DNA of 64,000 bases from Octopus vulgaris (taxonomy: Eukaryota). The position numbers were made by a program, and so were the translations under genes. The stretch is from positions 72,416,001-72,480,000 of the forward strand of contig OX597822.1 of the NCBI GenBank assembly GCA_951406725.2, given 5' to 3'. Below, one piece after another: positions 24,986-40,078 of this stretch; position 1 is the first letter of the stretch; each line of letters starts with the position of its first letter. The notes below the pieces were generated by a model. It ran no database searches, was not told the DNA's origin, and saw only the letters and a list, made by a program, of their open reading frames with translations.

Positions 24986-25912
24986 TTATTATTATTATTA
25001 TTATATATATATATAATATATATACATACATATATACGACGGGCTTATTTAAGTTTCCGTCTACCAAATCCACTCAGAAGGCTTTGGTCGGCCCGAGGTT
25101 ATAGTAGAAGACACTTGCCCAAGGTGCCACGCAGTGGGGCTGAACCCGGAGCCATGTGGTTGGTATGCAAGCTACTTGCCACGCAGCCACTCCTACGCCT
25201 GTCTTCGTCATCATGATAGATATTCAATAACGGAAATAGAGTATCGAATATTCGTTAATTCTTAGCCGGGAAACCCTTACGTAGGCAAAAGTACTGTGAA
25301 AGACTCAAGACAAGATCTGCAGGAATTCCACCCAAATCAGTATTGTGACATTCTACTTTACCGCCTTGGCGACGGAACACTATGGGTGCAGTTTAACATC
25401 GTAACCAGGGGTTAGATTGAGAAATACTAATTACAATGGTATCAAATATAGAGAGTAACATATTTCGCTTGTTTTGTTAGACCTTGCAGTTCACGATAGC
25501 TCTGATGTATAAAGCTAGATTGTTGACACTTGCTCAAGGGTCGCCTCGAGTCTAGAAAAGAAATGGCAATTAAGTGACCATTTTGCTTGCTCATTTCGAA
25601 GAGTGTCCTACACCTTGTTCATAATCTGTGTCCTGCTAAATATATGGCTAGTTTTGTTGTAATTAATCTGCCTTCTCACGTATACTTACATCACTATTCT
25701 TCTCGCTTGTCTAGCTCAGATTTCAGTCTTTTGACTACAGAACACAGTTCAATACATTTCCGCCCTACTAATTTTAATTCAATTCACCATACTGTTTTGT
25801 AAGTAACATTAGTCTCATCTATTTTAAAATATTTTTGTTTCCACTGAAATACTTCTGTCTAAAACGCTAAATTTTCCTCTGACTCTGTCTGACAGCATAA
25901 TTATAAAAATTT

Positions 25913-26076
25913 TCTTCTTCTTCTTCTTCTTCTTCTTCTTCTTCTTCTTCTTCTTCTTCTTCTTCTTCTTCTTCTTCTTCTTCTTCTTCTTCTTCTTCTT
26001 CTTCTTCTTCTTCTTCTTCTTCTTCTTCTTCTTCTCATCCTCCTCCTCCTTCTTCTTCTTCTTTTTCTTCTTCTTC
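25913..26076. repeat. (CTT)n microsatellite
   Basis: About 40 perfect units plus a degenerate end. Confidence 0.97.
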
Positions 26077-27438
26077 TATCATATATCACTTCACATATAT
26101 GATAGTTTATAGAGTATTAAAACAACTTCAGTATATGAATGGTACTCTTGAAAGGACGACTGCTAAAATTGAACTCAGCAGGCTTTGAACAGAGAACTTA
26201 AATGTCCATAGCTAAATACAGCAATACGACAGTCCGTTTGTTATGATCGACGAGAGAGAATAACACAAAATATCTCATAACGATATCGGAGGTAAATACT
26301 TACAACAAGCTAATGAGTTATTATTATTTTGTCAAATAAAGCTTATTTATATTCCTTTTCTTCTGAAGAAGCAATCAAAAGGAAAACAATAAAAAATGCC
26401 ATCGTAGATTTGTAAAACACAGAGAAAAAAAATGAAAATTAACGATATTGATATGCGGAAAACCATAGGTTAGATGCCGACACTTGTCAATTTTAAACAA
26501 ATAAATCGCTACATTTCTCGCCAACTAAGTTTGATAAATAGGAATTGAAATAGTGTAAGATTATAAAAACAAACACTTGAATCTAATCAATCACCTTCAA
26601 AGATGTGTTAAAAGTTATCCAAGATGACTGTCATCAGAACATCAGAAAAATGCTTCTGAAAGCAAAATAATTGACATGAAATTCGGTCAAAACCAATCAG
26701 CTTCTAAAAAGAGATGAACGAAGTCTGTAAAAATCGGGGAACGACCTTTTCATGCAGATAATACAAACGAGTCTAGCATCACCTCTAATATGTTACAGGT
26801 ACAAGGGATGGATGAGAATATATTTTATGACAATGAAAAACATATGAAGTAGGACACGGACTGAAAACATATGGTACATGTGCTTGCATTGAATAAATGG
26901 CCCACAATTGTTTCGTGTGCCAGTGGTCTTAAAAACATTTAGGTCATTTGTTTGGAAGCCAAACGACAAGATTATTTATATTAGATATGAAAACCATTAA
27001 CAACCCACCACTAATAGATATTTCTACATCAATAGTGATATTGCCTGCCTCTACATAAAGCTACCAGATAGAGAATCAACAAAGACTGAGATAGCCTCCC
27101 AATGTCGATTCATATAACATCGACAACATCAACAAACCACCAAGAGTCGAAGTGCAGAGGAAAAGCTTAACCGTCACTGAGTACCTCCACAGCGACAGTG
27201 TAGCTTGTACGATCTAGGTTAATCGTATTGATAAAAGTAAGTTGTGCCGCAACAGCCTTTGAACGCGGTGTGGCACCACACAGGCGTACAGCTAATGGAA
27301 AGCGAAAGGAAAATATATGCGTTACACGTGTAATTTAAAGTAATAACATTTTGGGAGTAGAATTCTTATTATAAACTGATCATAAATTTACTTTCCATGA
27401 ATATTATAAAACTATAGAGTTAAAACGTAAGGAATATA

Positions 27439-27999
27439 TTGGGTTGTCCGGAAAGTTCGTACCGATTTTTAAAGGAAAGAAAAAGGTCAATAAATACCTG
27501 CCATTACATTTTTAATCAACCAAATATAAACCATTTTGTTGCACAATGCGTCTCCGTCTTTCCTTTAACTTGAAAATGCCCTCTTCCCAGAATGGAGGTG
27601 GTTTCATGGCAAAGAATTTATCAAGATATCTTTTTACGTCATCCAAGGAATTGAAATTTTTACCATTAAGACTATTCTGCAGAGACCTGAATAAGTGGAA
27701 ATCCGAAGGAACAATATCTGGTGAATATGGAGGGTGGGGTGACACATCCCAACCGAGCTGCAGCAATTTTTATCTGGTTCCCAAAGCATCAAGTGCCAAA
27801 AATGAACCTTATCTTCCATTTTAAAGGGTTACAGAATTAACACAGGTTATAGGAACATAAACCTTCTTCCACGAAAGGATAGTAAACTGTGCTCTAAATG
27901 GAGGTGTAGTCAAATACTATTTTATGGACTCAACCATTTTCTAAAATAAGTCGAAAGGTAAGCTACTATAAATCGGCACGAACTTTCCGGACAACCCAA
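27439..27999 (-). mobile_element. Internally deleted mariner (Tc1/mariner) transposon
   Basis: 30-bp TIRs TTGGGTTGTCCGGAAAGTTCGT(A/G)CCGATTT and TA duplication. N-terminus MEDKVHFWHLMLWE is joined to C-terminus LGWDVSPHPPYSPDIVPSDFHLFRSLQNSLNGKNF. Confidence 0.95.
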
Positions 28000-28522
28000 T
28001 AGAATTTATTATTGGAATGTGTGTATGTATAGAGACAGGACTAAAATCATACGAATATATAAAAGTACATGAGAACTCATGTTAAGGTTCAATGAGGAAA
28101 ATTGCAAAATGCTATGCTTGCTACTTCTTAGCATACATATTTAAACTATAATGAAGGTTTTGAGCCTTGTATCAAATAGTGTTTACGCTACGCAAAATAT
28201 ATTTTTATATATTTCACATCTCTAATATTACGATACACCGATATGTACATACCTCTCAGAACTGGTTTGCATTTATCGAATGTGAATTTAGAAACTGAAC
28301 AATAGGATTTACAAAACAATATTTCTATTATCTTTCACTTGTTACAGTCATTAGACTGCGGCCATGCTGGGGCACTGCTTCGAAGAATTTTTAGTCGCAT
28401 GAATGACCCCGCCCCAGTCTTTTTTTTATTTTTCTACTACATAAAATTTCCATTATAACTTCTCTCGTTTTCTTTTTTCCTTTTCATAACTGTAAACCTC
28501 TAAAATTAAAGCTAAAACAGCT

Positions 28523-28535
28523 GGTGGTGGTGGTG

Positions 28536-28616
<81 letters not shown>

Positions 28617-28692
28617 CTTCTTCTTCTTCTTCTTCTTCTTCTTCTTCTTCTTCTTCTTCTTCTTCTTCTTCTTCTGCTGCTGCTGCTGCTGC
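28523..28692. repeat. Compound trinucleotide microsatellite (GGT)(ACT)(TCT)(GCT)
   Basis: Direct reading. Confidence 0.95.
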
Positions 28693-29209
28693 CCCTACTA
28701 TTACTGTAATTTCCGACTTTGAACGGTTGCGGAAAAATTGTAAATTGAAACAGCATTTTTTTTTTCCTGATATAAAATCCAACACGTATATAAAAGTCCG
28801 TGGTAAGTCTATCCCGCAATCAAAAAAAAAAAAAAAAATCAAACCAAAACATTAAAACATATGGAAAAGCATGAAAAGACAAACAATATGTATGTATACC
28901 GATAACAAAATTGGTGCCAAGACTTCCGCTAGGACAGATTAAAAAAGTCCTTTCGTAAGCAGTGCCGCGTTGAGAATATTGAATTCGCCAATCCCAAAGG
29001 TGATATACATCACTGGCCGAGTCATAGTGATTCCCTCTCACCTCTCTCTATATCAGATTTAATAATGTATATTATATGTTCTATTGTGGTTTTAGGTGGT
29101 TATGATACTGTAAATTCTGTGATTGTTTTTACTCTTGTTTTTTTTCTCTATCATCTGCTATGCGTACATGTTGAATACACATATGATGCAACTTATACGT
29201 AATCATTAC

Positions 29210-29256
<47 letters not shown>

Positions 29257-30174
29257 GTGTCTGTATGTGTGTGTATGTATGTGGTGTGTTTGTATATGAA
29301 TCAGTAATTTTGTCACGTATACGTAAATCTGTCTACATACGTATAAAAATTAGGTGTGTTGTATTGAAAAGTATATTGTCTATCTATCTATCTACCTAGT
29401 TCTATCTTTCTACCCCTCTATTTCTCGCAGTTTATCACTCATACTCTCTCTTTCTATCATTCTATTTATCAATATTTACATATATAAACACACGCATTTC
29501 ACACGTACTTTTACATTTCTCATTTAATAACTCTAACTTCGCTAATTCATAACAGGTTTTCTTTGATAAAACATCAAATCTGTAAAATACTCTATTTGTT
29601 CTACTGTTATATTTAACCCATACATCCATATTCTATTAAAAAAATATCGATTATGTCACATTTATGCGGAAATATTACTCGTGTGATTAATAGTTGTTCA
29701 AAAATATCATTAAAGTACAATCCTCCAATGCGCTTTGACGTTATTACTAAAATCATATTCCTGTCTTCCGTAGGCAAAACAGAACAAGATTAAAGGTAGA
29801 GAATACTTCCTTTGCTGAATACATGCATACGTTTCAGCAAAAAGAATAGTGTTCATACATATCCATATTTCCACCATATTAGTTGAAACTGTAAAGTGAA
29901 AAATAATTGTGCCATTAGAATGTCTAGCTCCTTTATAGATGTAGATATTTCTTTCAAAATTTGCGTGGAAGAATATCTCCCGACAGTTACTTGGATCCCA
30001 CTCTTTGTCTGCCAACTTTATAAATTCCTTGCAAAAATGAATACTCATTGGTATCCTTCGATATGTTAATAAATATTCAAATCTCGAATAGCAGTAGTTT
30101 TCATGCAAAAATGTTCGCCAGGTAATATGCTTTACAAACACAATAAATGGCTGGAAAAGTAGATATAGGCAAAA

Positions 30175-30640
30175 CAATGGCGTAGTTCATAAGGGGAAGG
30201 AGGGCGACCGCTCCCACCGAGGACATTTTTCAAAATTGGAGCCTTTTCAACAATCTTTTAAAACTCTTTAGTTCACTTGAGTGATAAAAGTTGAATATCT
30301 CATCTTTTTCTTAAACGTTTGGCCTTAGAAACGAGTCATTTTTGTATTTGACCAACCTCCTGTGTTTTTGAACTGCTGATGTGTTAGCGGCCCTTGACAT
30401 TTGAAAAACCAAAACAAACTCTGACATCATAACTTCTCAATACTGGAAGATCCCGTAGAATTTAATCTTTTCCACATCACATTTATATCAGTAGTTATAA
30501 GTTTTATACCTAATGGCATTGTTACTGAAACAAGAAATGCTTCGCGTAATTTAAGAGAACTTAGTTAAAAATTGTTTGGTATGTGTCATGGCGCCATGTT
30601 TACGTGCTCGTTCCACTGACTTTAGAACCTGGCTACGCAT
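30175..30640. mobile_element. Possible degenerate hAT-like MITE
   Basis: Left end CAATGGCGTAG...GGGCGACCGCTCCC and right end CTGGCTACGCA resemble CAGTGGCGTAG/CTACGCCACTG-type TIRs; no TSD seen. Confidence 0.35.
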
Positions 30641-30894
30641 TTCAAAATAGCCCTCAAAATTACTGTGGACCAGGGCTAAAGTAGAAGACACTTGCTCAAG
30701 TTACTTTGCAGTGGGATTGAAAGCAAGATTACATATTTGGGAAGCTAGCTTCTAAATTACGCTTCCATGGACAACATATACAGTATTTAAAATTTTTCCG
30801 TTTATCTTTAAATTTTTGGCATATTGAGCTACAACGGAATCGTTGTTTTACTGGGCTGTTCCACTAATATTCGTTATTTTTAAAGATAGATATG

Positions 30895-30946
30895 TTTACA
30901 AAAGCCTTGCGACTGGTAGACAGAAACCGAAAGAATCCCATCGTAC

Positions 30947-30990
<44 letters not shown>

Positions 30991-31078
30991 ATATTTGTGT
31001 GCGTGTTGTGTATGTGTCTGAATTTGTCCCCCACCATCACTTGACAACCAATGTTGGTGTGTTTACATGCCCGTAACA
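30895..31078 (+). mobile_element. SINE family A internal fragment
   Basis: AAAGCCTTG..GGTAGACAGAAAC..(TA)n..CACTTGACAACCAATG. Confidence 0.8.
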
Positions 31079-31170
31079 TAGGTCGTATATGTATCGTATA
31101 AGCTTAAACTTATGGGATAAAAGTCTAACATATTTACATATAATTAATCTATCTATATAGTTATGCATCC

Positions 31171-31239
<69 letters not shown>

Positions 31240-34200
31240 CAAGTAATATACGGTTAGGTTTGAAATTTTGAAATTTCAATATATATATATGTATATACAT
31301 GTGTGTGTATGTATGTTTGCATGTATGTATGTATATATATACAAACCTGAGTGAGTGTTATTGACATTGTCAGTGTATGAAATTCTATGCGTGTTAAATG
31401 ATGAAATGTCAGCATTAATATTCATCAAACCAAACGCTCTTAAAAGAAATATTCATGCGCTAATGTGTATACCAACATTGATGTTACAAAAATATAAGCG
31501 AACAAATGATGAAAGAAAAATATTTAGGAACTAAATATAGTCTAAGATCCGCAAGGCTGGCTTTGGGATGGCGTGTGATTATCCACTGTAATCTTCTCAT
31601 GAAGCAAGGCAACACCGCCCTCTTGCATATGTTCCCGTTTTGATCACTGTAGAAAGAAGTTCACATCAATGAAAGAGTGAGACCTCTTCTTGCTCATTTG
31701 TGTTGCTGAAAGTTGGCTGAATATCAATCAAATCAAAGACTGTAGCCTTAAAAATGTTACGAATCTTTTGATTATGTGATCTTAGATACATGTGATCCTA
31801 GATGATAATGGCCAGAAAGTTTTCGTGTGTTGGATTTGTGTTTATCTGTCACGGAACCAAACAACAATATCTTTGTTAATGTTGTAACATTTAGTCTATT
31901 TCCTAAACGAGTTCCTGATGTACAGAAAGTGAAAATTGCATTGGATTTTGTTCAGCTTGAGAAAATCCGAAATAAATGTTTAAGATATATAACTGATTAT
32001 GATTGAGTGAGGGAATTAGTGCAAGTAAAGAATAAGCAGAGGGTGTAGATAGTTTCTCATGCTGAGATTTAACATCAATGAATGACTTGCCATTAACGAC
32101 ACATACCTCCGAACACTTTAATTATCCGCTTTGTTGAATTTGAAAAGGAGAGCCTTCTCCAAAATATTATTGGTTAAACCTATGTAATTTATTACAACTT
32201 ATTTTCCGTTGGTTTTCATTTAACGATATCTTATATATTTTACCCAAACTTCACTCGTATTGCTCAAATGTTTTTCCAACATTTATATGATTTTGACTAC
32301 TTTTACAAAAGCACTAGCTGTGACAGCTTCAAGCTAAGTAAATAAAAGACGTTCTCTATTTATTTATATAGGAATAATAATAAATGTAGAAATACATAGT
32401 TTATCCAACAGAGTCGGAAAGCCACTTTAAGACTTTCACCACAATGTTCTGATATAAATACGTGGACAGAAAACAATGCCAAGAAAATCTTCTTTCTAGA
32501 TCAAAGTTGCAGTTGATTTGTAAGCTTTTCTTCATATTTTCTTTAGTGTAAATGTTGAAACTATTTGAAACTATTCCACCAAGACAGCTGTGATATCGGA
32601 TCAATTATCTAAAAAAAAATATCACGCTTCAAGCAGTCATCTTTTGAAAATTATGGCTTAACTTGAAATTCATTGTTGCCAACACTATACTCTTGATAGT
32701 TCTACCTTGCATTACAAAATTGGCTGAATATCTAGTTACATAAATATTGCAAAGTTTAAAATCAATTGTTAAATATTAAAAAAAAATCATCTAAATCAAA
32801 AGTAAAGCATATGAAAAAGTATGTTCTTGTAAAAAAAAGTTAAGCAAAAACATACGGATATGTGTAGAACTTGTGAGCGAAACTGCTATTTAAAATTTGA
32901 GTTATGCATGGAAAAAAATTCTAAACGAAATTACCCAATCTTAACGTCACTGAACTGGTAAGTTACAGTGCTTTCTATTTCGATGTTGGAAATAAGATTC
33001 CCAATGCATATTCGTAATGTTCGAGCCCTGGCTATTTCTTGGTGTTGATAGTTTCAAGAAAATGTTTCGAGAAATTTTAAATTATATATATTTTAATAAT
33101 CTCCAAAGAAGAAAATTAATACTGCAAGTAACTTAATCTGGCTTTTCAATGTTTCAAACAGCTCATGATACCAAGTTAACGAATATAATATACTTATTGG
33201 AATGCAGTGAATTTTTGCCTAATAACGATTAATATACATGATATAGAGTATATCAGTAAAGAGGGAATTACAATTGTGAAGATTTTAATAAGAATTACTG
33301 TCATCATAAGGATAAGATGTATATATTATAGTGGGCCGATAATGAAATCGAAGTTTCTTTTATAGAAGATCTCAAATAATTCTTATTCCCATTTCTTTTA
33401 ATTTGAAACCAAGCTAATATTGAAATTTCCTAGCGGAACGAAAAAGTTTTGCTTGGCTGATTTTTACCTCATTAAGGAATTGTCAAGAGTCTTTGGTCCA
33501 TATCGCACGGTAAACTTTGCATCAAGCAGCATTAGATAAATACACAGAATAACAAAACACTCACAGAAATTGCTCTATAATGAAATCTAGAAACCAATAT
33601 TTATCGCAAAAGAAAAACAAATATAACCATACCACGACATATTTAACAACACATGTACTCTAAAGAATTCTCCTCTTTTCTGTATAAATGGTGAACATTT
33701 CGTTTTCGCTATAAATGTTTATTGTTATTTTCTATTTTAATTTCAATACTAATATTTTTATATTATTTTTCCTTTCATAAATTTAGTGATTGATATTGAA
33801 GTAAATTATCCTAATTTAATTCAAATCCAACAATCTCATTTGTTTATTGTAAATAAGTTATAGAGACGCTTTGGAATAATAATTTGAGTCGGAAGGAAAA
33901 CCGTCACCATATTAAGGCTGACACTGATTCATTTAACAAATATAAATCAAACACATTGCTTTAAAAATATAAAAAAATAAATTCTATGAAATACAGCAAA
34001 TGTGATGGAATAAATTAATAATGAATGCAATAATTTGAATATATTTTGATCCCAGCGAAATGAGCTGAATAAAGTAGTGTTTAGAAAAGGAAAAATATGA
34101 CAACATTTCATAAATAACTCAATATATTGTGTATTATGAATTAGTTACTGTTTTATAATTAGCGTTAGTCTTCATTCACCTACTCAAATTTTCCTTTAAG

Positions 34201-34591
34201 AGTTGGTCACATGCTTATTGAAAAAAAGTAATTATTACTCTGTACTTTTTTTAAAATTGGAGCGTTTTAGAAGCGGTTACAGTACAGATCAGCACCGATA
34301 ACAGGGTCAAACCATTGCGATTTCAATTGATAATCATCCACAATGCGAACTGAGCAAACTGTAATTTTGTTTAAATTTTGTTAAGTAATAATGTTAAGTA
34401 ATATTGTCGCTCATTTAATTCAGACTCATAAGCATCGAATATAATTTCATACTGAAAAATATATGTATACTTAAAATCTATAGACTAGAATAAATATCGA
34501 AGCGTATCTCTAACCGTCTAAATAGAGGAATCTAGTAGCCTATTTGATTGGTTCTTTATCTTTATTCAATTACTCTTTATCTATATCTTTT

Positions 34592-34938
34592 ATCAAAGGG
34601 GTTAAGTGGATGCTATAGAAGGATGCTTCGAATGACCCTAAATGTGAAATGGTAGCAACATATGACAAATAAATGCATTTATGGAGATCTGCTGAAAGTT
34701 AAGAAGATCAGGCAAAGATAGCTGCGATTATCTGGTCACCCTCTACTAGAAGCATCCAAATCAATCTTGTGGAACCCACTTCATGGTGATGTAAAGAGAG
34801 AAATATGCCGTCGCACTCACATCAACAACTTGATTGCAGACTCTGGTCTAGAATGTATCAAGGACATCAAGGTAGTAATGATTGACCGAAATGTGTGGCA
34901 GGTAGACTTTGCTGTGGCCTAGGTTCGAAACCAGTCAT
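34592..34938 (+). mobile_element. RTE-clade LINE 3' fragment
   Basis: LSGCYRRMLRMTLNVKW*QHMTNKCIYGDL..IRQR*LRLSGH..ASKSILWNPLHG..DSGL..MIDRNVW, a typical post-RT C-terminus of RTE elements. Confidence 0.85.
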
Positions 34939-34944
34939 AATAAT

Positions 34945-35195
34945 GATTTCAAATTTTTGGCACAAGGCCAACAATTTCAGGACGGAGGGGGGGGTGTAAA
35001 TGGGTTACATCGACTACAGTGATCAACTGGTATTTATTTTATCGACCCCAAAAGGATGAAAGGCAAAATCGACCTCGGCGATTTTGTATATGCATGTTTT
35101 TGTATATATATATATGTGTGTGTGTGTGTGGAGATGGACAAACACCGCAAAGCGATTCACCCAGGTGCTAACGATTCTGCCATCTCGCTGTCTTC
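34945..35195 (-). mobile_element. SINE family B, degenerate
   Basis: TTTATCGACCCCAAAAGGATGAAAGGCAAAATCGACCTCGGCG and GCTAACGATTCTGCCA. Confidence 0.8.
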
Positions 35196-35264
35196 GACCC
35201 TATATGGGGGTCTACAATTAGAATATATATTGGATGTCCACCTAGTGGTCGTTCATCTTATATG

Positions 35265-35334
<70 letters not shown>

Positions 35335-36955
35335 CACACTCACAAACTCATTAACGGTGTGTTAATTCGAAGCTTTCAAATTTTATTTAAACCACAGTCG
35401 AGCGGGTTAACTACATTATTCGTAAAGGGAATCCCAAAAGTGCATTACAAAATACCAGCTGCTCCCCTCGGGTGTAAGAATCTTTGTGTCAGGCACCAGT
35501 CATTTTTGTTATACAGTGTCATAGGATGATAGATGATGTTTTTTTTGCTTAAATCCACTCTGTTATAATCAATATCCAGTGTCGGCATTCTAGTTTATTT
35601 TCTTTTAAATTGGTATTCATTTTTATGCTACCAAACATCTGAGAACCTTTATTTACCGACTTTTGTGATTAATGAATTTCTCGGAAGAATTACATGCAAG
35701 TGTAAATTATCAACGAAGCTAAGCACTGATAGACTAAACATTAAAAAAAAAATTACGAACAACAATGATAATGCATATCTCTTTATAACGAATGACCCAG
35801 CAGAGATAACTATGGACTATAGAGAGCTAAAACGTATCAAAAATTGGATTTGTGGACAGTTTTCAAAATTATCTAAATTCACATTAAGGAACAAAGCCGT
35901 TTTGGTCAAGTGTGTGGGCAAAAGTAATCTCTTTGATACCGAATAGTATAGACGTTAAAACTAGACGCCATGCATTTTTATGTAAAACGAGCAGTTATTG
36001 CTTGAAAACAATTTCTCAGAATGCCTGAATTACTTTGTAATATCGTAGCGATAACTATACGAAAATGTTAACAGTCGATGCGTTGGAATTGGACATTTAG
36101 AAACTATCACAAAATGTAAGGTGAGCATTGATCTCACCTCATCCTATTTTATGGAAATGCTGTATAATGTATACGGTATATCTAAGCTTGGAACTATTGA
36201 GCGAAGATGATTAATACTGAAGCAGAAATGGAATCCTTGAACGAAATATTCTATTAGCAAAAATGTCTGCTATTAAGTGGAATCGCCATTAGCTCAAAGT
36301 GTGCGTCTAACTAACCGTCTGTATATCAGAGAATAAAAGGAAACATCATCCCTGTTATAAAAAAAGGAAAATTTCCTTTTTTCAAAAAGTTCTTAAATAA
36401 TTTTGGTTTTACATCTACAAGGAAAAAATACATTTGAAGCATAATGGAATATGGCTGACTATGCTGCAAGAAAATAATCATAAGTACTGAAGGTAAATCT
36501 ACATCAAATATGAGATCTGAGAGTTACTAAAGCCGCCGAGGAAAAGCTGCATCAGAACACAAAATGACAGGTAGAAATTAAAAAAAAAAGTTGGTGTTAT
36601 TACTTGATGGTTGATGTTTTTACAAGGTTATTCAACTGAATGTATAATGTTTTATAGATGTCTACAATGATACAGTTATTTGGCAACCAATATCACGGCC
36701 ACATACTGCTATGAATAACTATACTTACTTAAGAGTAATCTATACGTTGGCTGCTTCTTTGAACGTTCAAAGACTGACCTTCAGGGAAAGAAAAGTAAAA
36801 CTCATCTGCCATCAATTACTGACCCTGTATGAAACTCAGTTGAGATTGACTAGAGAATCTTAATTTCACATTTGACATGTTGCGCTTACTACAAATGCAT
36901 CTATTTATTCACTCACTTACATACACACACACACGCACACACACACACACACACT

Positions 36956-36991
<36 letters not shown>

Positions 36992-37583
36992 GACGAGCGT
37001 ACACCCTGATCGCATCGATTGTTTAACATAATGTCTTGCACGTTCCTTTTTAAGATTTTTTTTACTACAACGGCTTCTTTTCCTCGAAGATATTTGGTCA
37101 CTCATCCTTCCCCCGCCACTCAAGTATTTTGGATTCATTCGTCTCTACCATTCTAAATACCCGTATTGTGTCCAACTTGCCAGGGACCACACCTTTTAGC
37201 TCAAAATGTTGGCCAACTGGAACTCCATCCCCGGATATATCTTTCCTGCAACCGTCGAACCGTAAAAGTCTCAGCGCAACGCCAATGCGAACAATTCTGT
37301 TGATGTTGGAGAACATGCAACGATAATGCGAAGAACCCGTTGATTCAGACTAAACTAATATAAATTAAAGTCAACACTGATTAGAAATATCTTTAAACGA
37401 TAAAGTTGAGAAGAATGAGAGCAGACGTACGGAAGAAATTTCAACTAATAAACAGTTCATTGTCAAATGAAAGAGAAAACGCAAATATACATACGTATAC
37501 ACACACATGCGTCCGCACACACATACAGACAATCACACATACACATGCACATTGGCATACATATATGTATGCATATCCATCCC

Positions 37584-37628
<45 letters not shown>

Positions 37629-38515
37629 TATACATACATATATGCACATGTATATATATGTATGTATTTTTATATGGATGCATGTATATATATAATTTCT
37701 CCGCGGAGGTTACTTATGTTACTTATATTATGCGTAAAGTCTCTGTTATTATACTAATTTTGATATAACATTAAAAGTAATTAACTGAATAAATAGATGG
37801 ATAAATATTTTAAAGGACTGAATGACTATTGGGTTTATTAATTAAGTGACTCAACACTATTACATAGAGTCTTCCATTTGAGGCATTTTGTCGGATAAAA
37901 TAGATTTTAAACATAATTTTTGCGATAAATAGCAACAATTTAGTAATATGCAGGTATAAATATAAAAGAGGATATATAAAGATATATATTGTGTTGGTTC
38001 CTTAATTTAGTAACTAAGCACTGTTGCATGGAGAATTATAATTAATGCATTTTATCGAAGAATACATTTTAAGGATAATTTTAGCGATAAATAACAACTT
38101 AGTGAAACAACTCGTACGGTCACGTTTTGTCTTTTGTCCCTTATTTGAATTTGGTCCGAATAACTTACAACATATAATTTTAACCATATACTACTCGTAT
38201 GGTTCAGTAAAGATACAAATGATTCCCCTAATTAAACAGATATATGTATAATTATATACTGGTTTTTTAATAAATTTGTAATAACTTATCTTTCATATGC
38301 ATTATATCAAACAAACTCCCCCTTAGTAATATCACTTTAACCTAAAATGCTAATATATATATATATGAATTCATCCACATTTTTCTTATATATTGCGTAA
38401 TTTAACATAACTTAATTAAATACAATATAATAGAGTCAAGCCCCTATATTAATTTCTTTATTGACTTTTACTATCCTACCTAATAATAGTTAACCTTGGA
38501 TTATTTGTTTTGTTT

Positions 38516-38548
<33 letters not shown>

Positions 38549-38553
38549 ACACA

Positions 38554-38615
<62 letters not shown>

Positions 38616-38629
38616 AAAATATTAAGAAT

Positions 38630-38906
38630 AATCCAAACTTATGATTGCAATAGGGAAAAATATAATATAATATTTTACAGATTTAGGATTGAATCCCTAA
38701 TTTTATAGTAAATATATATATATTATATTAAATTAGAGATTTAAAATCCAATTTTATTAAAATATTATATTATATTAAATTAGAAAAAACCACTTGAAAT
38801 CATACAATGAAAACTCAATACATAAGATTAATTAATCTTATGTATTGGCTTGAGTTTTTCATTGTATGATTTGCCTAATAGTGGTGTTATCTCTAATTTA
38901 ATTTAA
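38630..38906. repeat. Fold-back, scrambled copy of family F
   Basis: Palindrome AATACATAAGATTAATTAATCTTATGTATT centred near 38831, with imperfect arms. Confidence 0.7.
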
Positions 38907-39356
38907 TATATATATATATATATATATATTTGCCCAATTTGTTGTTTGTGTTATCGGTTATCCATTAACCAACCATAACAAAGTCATGGTCTTTCAAAAC
39001 AATAGATGATCAACTAGATTACAGGACTGACCATAACCCCTTCCGCACTTCCCGCAGGATGTCAACTACTCGATAAACAAAAACTAACGGAACAATAATA
39101 AAGCATCTTGATTAATACCCGGAAATTTATTACTTTTAGTACCGACTAATATCACAGGCATTAATATAAGCTTTAACCCACTTATTGTGGACCGTTACCT
39201 CAAGCCCTCAATAGAAGATATATCGCAAGCTTATATGTATGTATAAATGCTTGTGTATAATTATTATAATCATATAAAAAGAAAAATACGAACTACTACA
39301 GTAATCCTTCCTTCTCAACACAGGAAATATGTACGTACCTATGGGTATGTTTGTGC

Positions 39357-39399
<43 letters not shown>

Positions 39400-39750
39400 A
39401 TGATGACGCCTGTACGAACAGTCATATATATATGTAAGTATGTATGTATTCCTCATTTATATACCTTTTCATTCCTACATAACTATAATAATATTAAGAT
39501 ATATTTATTATTTAAATTCCACTATTATTTCTCTTTTGATAATTTTCTCTTTCCTCTGTTTATACTTTATCTAATAAGATTAATATAATACGCCTAATGA
39601 TAATAATAATTGATGCATTTGTATGCATATTCCATACACATATAAATATATACATGTGTATATGTATATTTATGTATGTGTATGTAAATGTAAAAGTGTG
39701 GATAAATGTATGTATTTATATTTATAACTTAACCTTATGAACTTTCTTAA

Positions 39751-39874
39751 CTCTCTAACGAAGCCCAGAGGAACACCCAAGTACCTTAATCTTATCTATC
39801 AAATACTTCAGTTCACTGAAGGAATGGGAGTAAAATAGGGTGCTATGGCCGGTTGACTGAAACAGCTGTAAGAT
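39751..39874 (+). ncRNA. Degenerate hammerhead motif in probable PLE 3' remnant
   Basis: ctct CTAACGA agcc...gact GAAAC agct GTA agat; core G>A change, palindromic ACAGCTGT, ~90-nt stem II insert. Confidence 0.5.
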
Positions 39875-40078
39875 AATGCTATTCTACTTTCTATGCTCTA
39901 CGTTATATATATGAATAATTACTGGTATATTTATATTTTATATATTAAATATGTAAATCATAATATGTTATACAAATATGTAAGTTGTTATAAAGTTTTT
40001 TTAAATAAAAAAAATAGACATAATATAATGTCTAAAAGTTGATGATTATCACCGCTTGATCCCCTCCATTTTTTATTG

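Larger units (their letters stand above)
23570..25200 (-). mobile_element. SINE family A split by nested PLE-like insertions
   Basis: Tail half at 23570-23850 and head half at ~25020-25200; the break is in the internal (TA)n. Confidence 0.85.

Noticed and set aside
37098-37316. 72-aa ATG-initiated ORF on the minus strand
   Set aside because: No recognisable domain or convincing splice donor; length compatible with chance.
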